A DNA stretch of 64,000 nt from an uncultured Pseudobdellovibrionaceae bacterium (GTDB taxonomy: Bacteria > Bdellovibrionota > Bdellovibrionia > Bdellovibrionales > JAGQZY01). The notes beneath the pieces were generated by a model. That model was not told the origin of the DNA, did no database searches, and saw only the letters and a list, made by a program, of their open reading frames with translations. Position numbers and translations under genes: made by a program. Below, piece by piece: positions 18,846 to 27,836 of this stretch. Each line of letters starts with the position of its first letter. Position 1 is the stretch's first letter. The stretch is from assembly GCA_964588335.1 (NCBI GenBank), contig CAZPOV010000020.1, positions 1 through 64,000 of the forward strand. The letters run 5' to 3'.

Positions 18846-19166
18846 ATGAGTCAAAAAGCTGTTTCTGCCAAATGGTGGGGTCTTCTCCCACTCATACTCG
18901 CTATTGCCTACTGTTTGCCGCGCCTTCTTGTGAGCACCCTGGGCGCAGAAAATCCTTGGACCAGTTATTTTTACCTCTATGGATTTGGGGCCATTTATTC
19001 CGGGCTGGGACTGCTATTGATTTTAAAAAGTGGCGCCTGTCGTCTTGACCGGCCCCGCGATCGGTTTTGGTTTAGCATGCTCATTGCTGGCTTTTGCTAT
19101 TTTGCAGGCCTACATGCCTTGTGGATTTACCTATCGCTTTCAATTCCTTATTTAGGAGGTCAGTAA
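18846..19166 (+). CDS. Small membrane protein (3 predicted TM) preceding the symporter
   Basis: 106 aa and hydrophobic. Its stop overlaps the symporter start (TAATG at 19164-19168). No family recognised. Confidence 0.45.
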   Translation: MSQKAVSAKWWGLLPLILAIAYCLPRLLVSTLGAENPWTSYFYLYGFGAIYSGLGLLLILKSGACRLDRPRDRFWFSMLIAGFCYFAGLHALWIYLSLSIPYLGGQ

Positions 19167-21070
19167 TGGAAGGCATGGGAATTGACCTGACTTTCTATTC
19201 AAAAGTCGCCATTGGAGTTGTCGCCGTTCTTTATATCGCCGTTATCACCGCTTTTGGTGGATATTTCGCACGTTTTAATAAAAACATTAATGACTTCTTT
19301 TATTCTGGCAATCGATTCTCTTGGTGGTTACCAGCCGCCAGTATGGTCGCCACAGGTATCGGTTCTTACAGCTACCTAAAATACTCCGAACAAGGCTACA
19401 ACACGGGAATGAGTTCAACCATGACCTATCTTAATGATTGGTTCTTAGCGCCTTTTTTCTTTTTTGGTTGGCTACCCATTATTTACTTTGCACGCATAAA
19501 GTCGGTTCCCGAATATTTTGAACGGCGCTTCAACTCGGCGGCTCGTTATATTTCTCTGACAATCATTTTAGCCTATATGTTTTTCTATATTGGCTACAAT
19601 CTTTATACCATCGGCGTCGCCATGGAAGGAATGTTCCAAGTCTCGCAGATTTACTCTGTTCCGATTTTAGCTCTTTTCCTTGGTGCTTATGTCACCTTCG
19701 GAGGTCAGACTGCGGTTATTTTTACCGATCTCTTTCAAGGTATCATGCTCTATATTGCCGGCGGTATTGCCATCTTTGCAGGAATTTACGCCCTTGGGGG
19801 TTTCGATGAGTGGTGGTCTTTTCTTCCCGTCTCTCACCGCTTGCCTTTTGTTCATCTGAATGAAAATCCGAAGTTCAGTTCGGCAGGACTGTTTTGGGGC
19901 GAAGCCTTAGCCGGCAGTATCGCTTTTACGTTTATGAACCAAGGTTTTTTAATGCGTTATTTGACCATTAAAAGTGTTGATGACGGGCGAAAAGCCGCGT
20001 TTTTTAATGTGATGGTCACGCTCCCCGTGTCAGCCATCATTGTCGGCGCTATCGGTTGGATTGGAAAATCCTTAGTTATGAAGCAAACAGCTTTGGGCGG
20101 CGCCTTAACCGGTTATGAATTTGTTCACATTGAAAACACTTTTCACACCTTTATTGTCGTCTGTTGGGCGACAGTGAAACACAATCCTTGGGTTTTCGGA
20201 TTTATTGTTGCCGCTTTGATGGCAGCTTTGATGTCGACTATCGACACTCTTATCAATGCTTGTGCCGCTATCGGAATCTACGATCTTTACAAGCCCCTAG
20301 TAAAACCTGAAGCCTCCGATGAGCATTACCTAAAAGCGGCACGGTGGGCTTCGATTATTACAACAGTGATCGGAACGATTTTGGTGATCTGGTTTAACAC
20401 TCAGAAAGACAGTTTAATGAACATTCACTACAAAGGGATCATGACCATCATTCCCGCTATCGTTACAACCATTTTCATGGGCGCTTTTTGGAAGCGTTTC
20501 AACTCCTATGCCGCGTGCACATCTATGATTGTTGGCAGTCTGATCACGGTGACCACCGTTTGGTACCCCCAGTGGATTGCACCCCTATCGCGATTTGTTT
20601 TAGGCCCCGAGGCGAACGATTACATTTACTTTCGTGCTCTTTTTGGGATGTCGACAACAGCTGTCATCGGTTTTGTTATCACTCTACTCACCAGTGGAAA
20701 GAAATTTAAAGATGTCACCGGCCTAACCATCGGCACCCTCGATGAAGCTATGATTTCTTATAAAGATGGCGGCATACCAAATCATGAACGCGGTAAGAAA
20801 GTGAAAGGTCTGGTTGCTAAAATCGACGAGAGCATCGAAACCGATTGGATTCTTTTGTCGCCAGCCGCCATGGAAACCTTGAAAGCCAAAGATGGCGATA
20901 TCATTTATATGAGTGACTCGCGTTGGTGGCTGGGTGGCCTTCGATCCCACCATGTGAAGGTAAAAACTAAAAACAGTCTTGCCGATTCGGAGATCGCAAT
21001 GTCGACGCCGACCTTCAATGAGGCTTACTTGCTTGATGGAAATCCATTAATCGCTGAAAAGATTTTCTAA
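19166..21070 (+). CDS. Sodium:solute symporter (SSS/SSF) family transporter with extra ~110-aa cytoplasmic C-terminal domain
   Basis: Start placed at the ATG at 19166, after aggagg (19154-19159). It has about 13 TM segments with an SSF-like layout. The soluble tail is ...ILLSPAAMETLKAKDGDIIYMSDSRWWLGGLRSHHVKV.... Confidence 0.85.
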   Translation: MEGMGIDLTFYSKVAIGVVAVLYIAVITAFGGYFARFNKNINDFFYSGNRFSWWLPAASMVATGIGSYSYLKYSEQGYNTGMSSTMTYLNDWFLAPFFFFGWLPIIYFARIKSVPEYFERRFNSAARYISLTIILAYMFFYIGYNLYTIGVAMEGMFQVSQIYSVPILALFLGAYVTFGGQTAVIFTDLFQGIMLYIAGGIAIFAGIYALGGFDEWWSFLPVSHRLPFVHLNENPKFSSAGLFWGEALAGSIAFTFMNQGFLMRYLTIKSVDDGRKAAFFNVMVTLPVSAIIVGAIGWIGKSLVMKQTALGGALTGYEFVHIENTFHTFIVVCWATVKHNPWVFGFIVAALMAALMSTIDTLINACAAIGIYDLYKPLVKPEASDEHYLKAARWASIITTVIGTILVIWFNTQKDSLMNIHYKGIMTIIPAIVTTIFMGAFWKRFNSYAACTSMIVGSLITVTTVWYPQWIAPLSRFVLGPEANDYIYFRALFGMSTTAVIGFVITLLTSGKKFKDVTGLTIGTLDEAMISYKDGGIPNHERGKKVKGLVAKIDESIETDWILLSPAAMETLKAKDGDIIYMSDSRWWLGGLRSHHVKVKTKNSLADSEIAMSTPTFNEAYLLDGNPLIAEKIF

Positions 21071-23403
21071 GCGACGATTCGGCTGACAAAAAGATCCCGC
21101 GCCTTGCGAAGCTGGTCGAGCTCTTCTGGGCTTATGGTTTTTCTACCATACTCAGATTTGCAAAACGACTCTGTGATGGGTTGGATCGCATCGGCAAAAC
21201 CGACAAATTCCTGTTGAACTTGCCACTGAAAATCGGTGGCAGGGCACCACTGACTTTTCGGAAAATCAGCCATGGCCATTGCTTCTAAAAAGAATCGATA
21301 GGTCTGACGAACCTCTTGGTCGGGACTCAATCGAGACTGCCTTAAAACACCAACCTTGCGTTGAATGTTTTGCTTTTTTTCATCAGAAAGCCCCACCTGC
21401 TTTATGATTGTTTCATTGATTTTGTATTTTTTAAAATGTCGAGACAATCGATAGATCAAGAATCCTAAAGAAAAAACAAAAACAATTTTCAAAAGGCCCA
21501 CAAGGTGGGCGAATATCTGATTTATTTTCATCTGCAATTCTTTGATTCGTGTTTTTTCCAAAAGAGCTTTTCCCGAATCGTCCTGTTCAACGCGCTTTGC
21601 TTTGTCGTCCGCTTCAATCGATGTGTTTTTATTCATGGCCGAGCTTACGGATTTTGAATTTTTTTTGAATGCGACAGGATTCATGATGTCATCTTGTGAT
21701 CTTGCTGTTGAATCATCAACAGACGTTTTTGACCCTCGGTGAGACACTTTTTCAAAACCTGATTTCGAGTTCGCTTGATCAACGCGACCAGAGCCCGTGG
21801 TTCTTCCTTTGCCTGAGTGTTTCACTGTCTTGCCATTGGCGTCAGTGCCAGATATCGAACTCTGACCCAACTCTAAGTCTGGACTCGAGCCCGCCACCGA
21901 ATCGGGTCCTGAATCCGATTGAGAAGTTAAGCCTTGGCCGTCCATCCCGTTAGCCTCGGACTCCGACCGGCCCTTCTGCTGAATGGCCGAAGGTGTTCCT
22001 GCCAGAGAGTGTGGTGACGCTTTCGGATCCAGCGATTTAGCATCAGGAGTTGCAGAGGTGTCTTTATACGAAGGCTTTGAAAGATCTGGAGACGCGGTCG
22101 CACCGTCATCGGAAGAACCATTTTGTTGGCCCGTCAACCGGCCATTTTTCAACGCTAAAGACTGAAGAATTTTTTGTAGCTCTGCGATATTTATATTCAG
22201 GTTTTTCTTCTTCATATCCCTCTGTAGAGTTTTTATATCAACAGTCTCTAGATCCTGTTTTCGTAATCTCTCGATCTGACGTCTTGATCTTTCCATACTC
22301 TGCAGGGCTTGCTTTCTTTCTAGATCCACGAATTTCGACCGTTTTTGTTGAAATTCGGTGTTGAGTTTACTGAACAATTCTTTTTCTTTTGCAAGTCGCT
22401 CTTGCAGATCGTGGATTTTCTTTAAAGACTGTTGTTTTACAAGGTCTTGAACAATAGTTTCCATGGCCTCAGATGATACAGATGACTCTTGGGGCCTGCC
22501 TCTATCTTGTTGTCGAATCTCAACAACCGGCTCTGCCGATACAGCGGTCGCGGCCCCCACTTTGTTTTTGTTTTGATTCTCTTTTTCGATTTGCTGGGAT
22601 ACATACTGCTCAATTTTTCGATTGGCAAAATCCTCGATTTTCTTCTGTAGATGATTGGAGATTCTATCTCTTTCTGGTTGGGTTTGATTGGCAAAATAGT
22701 CAATCATATGAAAAATAAGAAAACTGCAGGCTACAAAAACACACGTCATGTTAAGGGCATTTTGAAAATGGCTGGAAACCATGATTGACTTCGATTTTTC
22801 GATACTTTCCTCAGTGTCACGAGTCAGTAGTCGAAACAGTGACAGACTGACAAAAAACATAACAATGTAAGGAATATAGATCCATGGAGATGGGTCGCTT
22901 GACTGTAAAAACGCCAAAATAACAATCAGAAAACTTAAGGCTTGGGCTAGAAGATAATGCGACAGCTGATAACTATTGAGAAAAACCCATGAGGCTAAAA
23001 ATCCAAGACCCAAACCAACAGTCAATGGCAAATTCAAACGAGGAAAAATGACGGAGGTACATAATAGACTCCAGCCGGTAAATGCCAAGTATTTTAAACC
23101 ACGAACTTTCCAAGTTCCAATCCGGCTTACAATTTTGTGTATTTTTTGAAATGGGTCTTTTTCATCTCGGAAACTACCAAACAGAAATATCTGCTGCCTG
23201 GAGTGGCTGGCTTTCTTGATGTCGCGATCCACTGAAAAAATCTCGAAGCCTATTATCCAGTCTCGGATCGCAATCATTGCAATAAAGTTGACAGCTAAAA
23301 AACAAACAGCGGGCAAAGAGTAAAAACCTTGATAGTGCCAAACCGCTAAACTTAAATGAGCGACCAATGATGCAATGAACATAACATAGGCTCGACGATT
23401 CAC
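21067..23403 (-). CDS. Large membrane protein: N-terminal polytopic region, coiled coil, long Ser/Gly/Asp-rich disordered region, TM, C-terminal DUF4129-like domain
   Basis: It sits third in a MoxR-DUF58 operon, with only 2 nt between it and DUF58. The C-terminal segment after the last TM (VFVFSLGFLIYRL) has the DUF4129-like pattern ...RQTYRFFLEAMAMADFPKSQWCPATDF.... I saw no transglutaminase Cys motif. Confidence 0.55.
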   Translation of the reverse strand: MNRRAYVMFIASLVAHLSLAVWHYQGFYSLPAVCFLAVNFIAMIAIRDWIIGFEIFSVDRDIKKASHSRQQIFLFGSFRDEKDPFQKIHKIVSRIGTWKVRGLKYLAFTGWSLLCTSVIFPRLNLPLTVGLGLGFLASWVFLNSYQLSHYLLAQALSFLIVILAFLQSSDPSPWIYIPYIVMFFVSLSLFRLLTRDTEESIEKSKSIMVSSHFQNALNMTCVFVACSFLIFHMIDYFANQTQPERDRISNHLQKKIEDFANRKIEQYVSQQIEKENQNKNKVGAATAVSAEPVVEIRQQDRGRPQESSVSSEAMETIVQDLVKQQSLKKIHDLQERLAKEKELFSKLNTEFQQKRSKFVDLERKQALQSMERSRRQIERLRKQDLETVDIKTLQRDMKKKNLNINIAELQKILQSLALKNGRLTGQQNGSSDDGATASPDLSKPSYKDTSATPDAKSLDPKASPHSLAGTPSAIQQKGRSESEANGMDGQGLTSQSDSGPDSVAGSSPDLELGQSSISGTDANGKTVKHSGKGRTTGSGRVDQANSKSGFEKVSHRGSKTSVDDSTARSQDDIMNPVAFKKNSKSVSSAMNKNTSIEADDKAKRVEQDDSGKALLEKTRIKELQMKINQIFAHLVGLLKIVFVFSLGFLIYRLSRHFKKYKINETIIKQVGLSDEKKQNIQRKVGVLRQSRLSPDQEVRQTYRFFLEAMAMADFPKSQWCPATDFQWQVQQEFVGFADAIQPITESFCKSEYGRKTISPEELDQLRKARDLFVSRIVA

Positions 23404-23405
23404 TA

Positions 23406-24791
23406 TTAAGCCCCTTCTTTCAAGTGCAGAAATGACTCGCTCATTGGAACCGATGCTTGCAGCAAGCTGACTTCAATATCGCGAACTTGCAACTCTTCCA
23501 TTGTCGAAAAAAGTTTATTGGCGACAGGGAAGAAAATCTTTTCGCTGAAGTCAATTTTATGATTGAACTCGTCGATAAAACTTTGAACATCAATAAACAC
23601 GATAAAGATTTTCACATGACTCAATCTTAAGGATTTCATCACTTTTAATAGTGGATCTTGAATGGCATCGACATAAGGGGTGATATAAAACAGAGACATC
23701 CCTGGTTCCACAGATCTGAAAAGATCAGTGAAATGGGACTGTGCCAGGTTCGGATCAAAATGATCAAACGGAGTGTTGAAAATATCTTGATTGGCGAGTT
23801 GAATGGCTAAAGCCTCGAAGGAATTCTGCGAGTCCGAAAGATCATAGGACCATTCATTGGACATATAGCGAACGGAATTGCCCATTTCCAACTGCTGAGA
23901 AATTAATGAGAGGCTTACATCTCGAGTCATCTCCCAGGTCGACATGGATTTTTGCCCTATATGTAAAGTGGGGTGGCTATTGACCGCGACAATGATGTCC
24001 GAATTTACCATTCGATCAAATTCTTTAACCATTATTTCGTTATGTTTAGCAGAAATCCTCCAAGCGATATGCTGTAGTGAATCTCCCTCAACAAATTCAC
24101 GGATCCCACGAAACTTGACACTGTGTCCCCGCTCGGACACCTCATATCGGCCGTACAAACCCGAAGTCTTTGATCCCTGAACTTCCAACTCTGGCAATGA
24201 TTCGATTTTGGGAACAACTTCCAAAATTTCTGAATTGTCTTCTCTCACCTCAAAAGTAAAGATTCCGAAACAGTCGGTCACGAGAATTAGGGTCGGCCCT
24301 ATAACCTTGGCACCACAACCGCCATCGCAGACCTTATTGTAGGTTTTTTTGATTTTCGTCTTTGCGCGAAGTCCCTGGGGAAAAGTAATTTCTGTTTCTT
24401 CGTTCAGACTGGCTGTGAAACGATCGATAACATGAAAACAGGTCGAGGTTGCCAAGGAACTATTGATAATGAACAGATCGACCACCACATTGTCACCTTC
24501 CATACATTTTTTTGTCTTGATTTTTCGTTCTACGAACAAGTTATGAGCACTCGCCCGAGTATGGAAATAGAGAAACATCAAAACAAGAAAGACACTGAGG
24601 CCAGCGGCCAAACAGACCTTAGAGGACAGTCCTCCGACGATGAGCAGCACTCCAGTGAAAGTCAGTAAGGAAAGACTATTCAATTTAGGACTTTGCCGAA
24701 ACAAAAAAGGAAAGTTTCGTGTTTGTCTTTTCCGGTCTCGGGAAACAAAAAACTGAGATCGTAAAGGTTGGGGGACGACTTGTCTCACCAA
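23406..24791 (-). CDS. DUF58-domain protein (MoxR-associated)
   Basis: The DUF58 signature is GIREFVEGDSLQHIAWRISAKHNEIMVKEFD. Two N-terminal TM segments. Its GTG start overlaps the MoxR stop by 7 nt. Confidence 0.8.
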   Translation of the reverse strand: MVRQVVPQPLRSQFFVSRDRKRQTRNFPFLFRQSPKLNSLSLLTFTGVLLIVGGLSSKVCLAAGLSVFLVLMFLYFHTRASAHNLFVERKIKTKKCMEGDNVVVDLFIINSSLATSTCFHVIDRFTASLNEETEITFPQGLRAKTKIKKTYNKVCDGGCGAKVIGPTLILVTDCFGIFTFEVREDNSEILEVVPKIESLPELEVQGSKTSGLYGRYEVSERGHSVKFRGIREFVEGDSLQHIAWRISAKHNEIMVKEFDRMVNSDIIVAVNSHPTLHIGQKSMSTWEMTRDVSLSLISQQLEMGNSVRYMSNEWSYDLSDSQNSFEALAIQLANQDIFNTPFDHFDPNLAQSHFTDLFRSVEPGMSLFYITPYVDAIQDPLLKVMKSLRLSHVKIFIVFIDVQSFIDEFNHKIDFSEKIFFPVANKLFSTMEELQVRDIEVSLLQASVPMSESFLHLKEGA

Positions 24792-25729
24792 TCCACCGTT
24801 GGCACTTTTACAGCTTGCTTGATCTCTTGCATGACAGTCTTTTGAGTCATGCCGGTCAATTTCGCTTCTGGCGTTAAAATCAGACGATGCGCGATCACGT
24901 CATCAAGAAACCGAAACACATGGGTTGGACGCACGTGATCCAACCCCTCGACAAGGGCTGCGGCCTGGGCAATACGTGTTAAGGCAATAGAAGCTCGAGG
25001 ACTGGCGCCTAAACGGAGATGACTGGAATGACGGGTCAGATTAAGCACTTCCACAATATAAGAGTAAACATCGTCGTTGACACTCACCATGGGTACCGTC
25101 TTTTTTAATTGCAGCAAAGATTCTTTACTTACAACCGGCTTCAAGGTTTCAATGGGATGACTTTGATTTTGATTTTTGAGCATTAAAACTTCATCTTTGG
25201 GCTGAGGATATCCGAGGCTGAGTCGCATCATAAATCGGTCCAACTGAGCCTCTGGCAATGCATGGGTTCCCAGTTGATCCACTGGATTCTGTGTTGCCAA
25301 TGTAAAAAACAAAGAATCTAAAGGGTGGGTTTTACCTTCGATGGAGGTCTGGCCCTCGCTCATTGCTTCGAGCAATGCAGACTGAGTTCTTGGCGTCGCT
25401 CGGTTGATTTCATCTCCCAAAAGAACAGTCGTGAATATCGGACCCGGATGAAATTCAAATTCGAATTTTTTTTGATTGAAAACTGACGATCCTAAAATAT
25501 CAGTGGGTAAAAGATCGGGGGTGAACTGTACTCGGTTCCAGTCACAATGGGTGGAACAAGCAATGGCTCGGGCCAACATGGTTTTACCGGTTCCAGGAAC
25601 ATCTTCAAGCAGAACGTGCCCTCCGGACAACCAAGCCAAAAGGACTTTGCGAATCACTTCGTCTTTACCAACGATGACTTCTTTGACGTTTTCAAAAACC
25701 TTTTGAAATGCTGTGACGACCTCTTCCAA
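24785..25729 (-). CDS. MoxR-family AAA+ ATPase
   Basis: Walker A is GHVLLEDVPGTGKTMLARAIA and Walker B is VLLGDEINRATPRTQSALLEAM. The 314-aa length is typical of MoxR. Confidence 0.95.
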   Translation of the reverse strand: MEEVVTAFQKVFENVKEVIVGKDEVIRKVLLAWLSGGHVLLEDVPGTGKTMLARAIACSTHCDWNRVQFTPDLLPTDILGSSVFNQKKFEFEFHPGPIFTTVLLGDEINRATPRTQSALLEAMSEGQTSIEGKTHPLDSLFFTLATQNPVDQLGTHALPEAQLDRFMMRLSLGYPQPKDEVLMLKNQNQSHPIETLKPVVSKESLLQLKKTVPMVSVNDDVYSYIVEVLNLTRHSSHLRLGASPRASIALTRIAQAAALVEGLDHVRPTHVFRFLDDVIAHRLILTPEAKLTGMTQKTVMQEIKQAVKVPTVDW

Positions 25730-25963
25730 GCGTGCCCCCCAAGTGTCTTCTAATCGGAATTTTTCTTTGGAAATTCAAACCAGGTTGGCGTTTTTAAGAA
25801 GCTTTGAATCGAATAGGTTTTCAACAGTGTCTGCCCTTTTTTGTCACCCCCCGACCTTGGTTGATAAACCTCTTCAAACCCCCACTGTAACATACTGAAA
25901 TACCTTACATTTTATTAATGTATTTGTCTCATTTTGGCATGTTTTGTGAACTTCCTTAAATTC

Positions 25964-26941
25964 ATGAAGAAGACTCTCGTATCAACATTACAACTTATCT
26001 TACTCATCACACTTTTGATGGGGTTTAATTTTTTAAGCTCTTGTGGGCCCGATGCGAAAGAAGCACGCATCGAGGATACCGAGGGAGGCCTGGAACTTCT
26101 TGAACGAGAGTTTGGTGAGTGTGAGGAAGTCACTGAAGACGACAATATCCCTCAGTACCTTCGTCGCGCCAGTGATTTTGAAAGACGCAACCAGAATCAA
26201 AATACTTATCCTCATGCCTACGCCAGCCTTGGAGAGATGTATCCGATGCGAGGAACCTTTCGTCAGAGTAAAGATGAAATCCTTGATATTGTCGACCGCT
26301 ACATCTGGTCTCAAGAGCGTGGTGTAAAAAAACTTCTCGATTATTTTGATATGGTTTTACTTTTAAATGTGGCGGCTCGTGATAGCAATGATCCTGAAAA
26401 TAGCTCAGCTCAACGTATGCAAGTATTTGTTCGCAACGGAAACTCTAATAATATTGAAGATTGGGACTTGATACACACTTGGCCGATCTCCTCCGGAATC
26501 CCCTGTGGTAAGAAAATCGCCACCTTCACAGGAGTTTATAAATTCAATCCTGACCGAATATATAGAAGATACTACTCTCAGCTTTTCGATGATGCCGATA
26601 TGTTCGAAACCATGTTTCTATACCATCAGTACCAGAACGGAAACCCCACAGGGGTAGCCATTCATGGAACTTATGCCACCACCAGTCTGGGGCGTAAAGA
26701 CTCAGGCGGTTGTGTACGCCTGCACCGAGACAACTCACAATGCCTTTATGAAACCATCATGGGCGAGCGAAGCTCACGCTGTCTTGATGGCGGACATCTG
26801 AATTACTGGGGACGGGTGCCCAGTTTTATGCCTCGCTATGGGGAGGCTGACCCTGAGTATCTCGATGCCAACGGAAGACTGGAAGTGAATGGAATAAAGG
26901 TATTAGTAGCAATTTTTAATGAAAAAGAAGACAGACTTTAG
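25964..26941 (+). CDS. L,D-transpeptidase (YkuD) domain protein, secreted
   Basis: The catalytic motif is GVAIHGTYATTSLGRKDSGGCVRLHRDN (H-G...S-x-G-C-x-R). Start trimmed to MKKTLVSTLQLILLITLL, which gives a signal peptide with a possible lipobox (LSSC). Confidence 0.85.
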   Translation: MKKTLVSTLQLILLITLLMGFNFLSSCGPDAKEARIEDTEGGLELLEREFGECEEVTEDDNIPQYLRRASDFERRNQNQNTYPHAYASLGEMYPMRGTFRQSKDEILDIVDRYIWSQERGVKKLLDYFDMVLLLNVAARDSNDPENSSAQRMQVFVRNGNSNNIEDWDLIHTWPISSGIPCGKKIATFTGVYKFNPDRIYRRYYSQLFDDADMFETMFLYHQYQNGNPTGVAIHGTYATTSLGRKDSGGCVRLHRDNSQCLYETIMGERSSRCLDGGHLNYWGRVPSFMPRYGEADPEYLDANGRLEVNGIKVLVAIFNEKEDRL

Positions 26942-26965
26942 AAAAAAAACCTTGAAGGAGGAAAA

Positions 26966-27526
26966 ATGAATAACCTAATAAAGACCTTAGTGATCGGTCT
27001 TTTCCTTTTTGGCCTAGCCAACTGCGGTAGCGATGGCGGCGGTGGTGGCGGTGGCGGCGCCACTCCAAATGCAGGCCTCGCAGGAAACGCCGATACAATT
27101 ACAATTGATGATGGACAGTCCGGTGGACCCGTTCAGTGGTCGAGCAATTACGCCAATATCTACAACAATATTTCACCGAACGGAAATTGTGTGGATGGGC
27201 TAGCCCAGAGCGCTGACGATGCAACACTTGAAGTAGCACTGGCCGAAATGCGGGACCTTCTAAACGCTGCAGAAGTTCAAAGTGGAACCGGTGAAGGCTT
27301 TGCTTTCGCATCTTCGTCGATGCCAACCTTGACTATCGGTTCAGGCTCCGATTCTGAAATTTATTATCTCGTCGATCGCGAAGACATCCCTTCCGACGCA
27401 AAAACTCTCTCAAATGCGGATGCAATCCTGGATTTCTACGACCAAGTTCTAAATGAGCTTAACAACAATGGATACTACTACTGCCCAGGAAAAGGACACA
27501 CCCTTCCAGGAAACGGCAACGACTAA
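26966..27526 (+). CDS. Lipoprotein, hypothetical
   Basis: The lipobox is LFGLANC|GSD, followed by a poly-Gly linker. A ggagg Shine-Dalgarno lies upstream. Confidence 0.55.
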   Translation: MNNLIKTLVIGLFLFGLANCGSDGGGGGGGGATPNAGLAGNADTITIDDGQSGGPVQWSSNYANIYNNISPNGNCVDGLAQSADDATLEVALAEMRDLLNAAEVQSGTGEGFAFASSSMPTLTIGSGSDSEIYYLVDREDIPSDAKTLSNADAILDFYDQVLNELNNNGYYYCPGKGHTLPGNGND

Positions 27527-27550
27527 TTCTTGCAACCAGCATTTTTATTG

Positions 27551-27580
27551 AAAAGAGCTCCCCTAAAGAGCTCTTTTTTT
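27551..27580 (+). terminator. Rho-independent terminator
   Basis: Stem aaaagagctc (27551-60), loop ccctaaa, stem gagctctttt (27568-77), running into a T-run. Confidence 0.75.
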
Positions 27581-27836
27581 ATTAGAATTCCACAAGATCA
27601 ATAATACCGATGCTATGATTGTTAACTGAATTGCCTAATTCCTTTACGAATGGAAGTTTTTTAAAAGTGTCAAACTTTTTAAATGTCGCTAAGTTGTTGG
27701 ACCGCCTTTACTATTCGCGAATATTTTTGAACTGTCTTGAATCGAAACAGGACTAAAGAACTTTTTAGGGCTTAAGTGCATCAAGATTTATAGGTCGCCT
27801 CTGATTGCACCGATTTTGTAGCATCGGAGGTTATCC

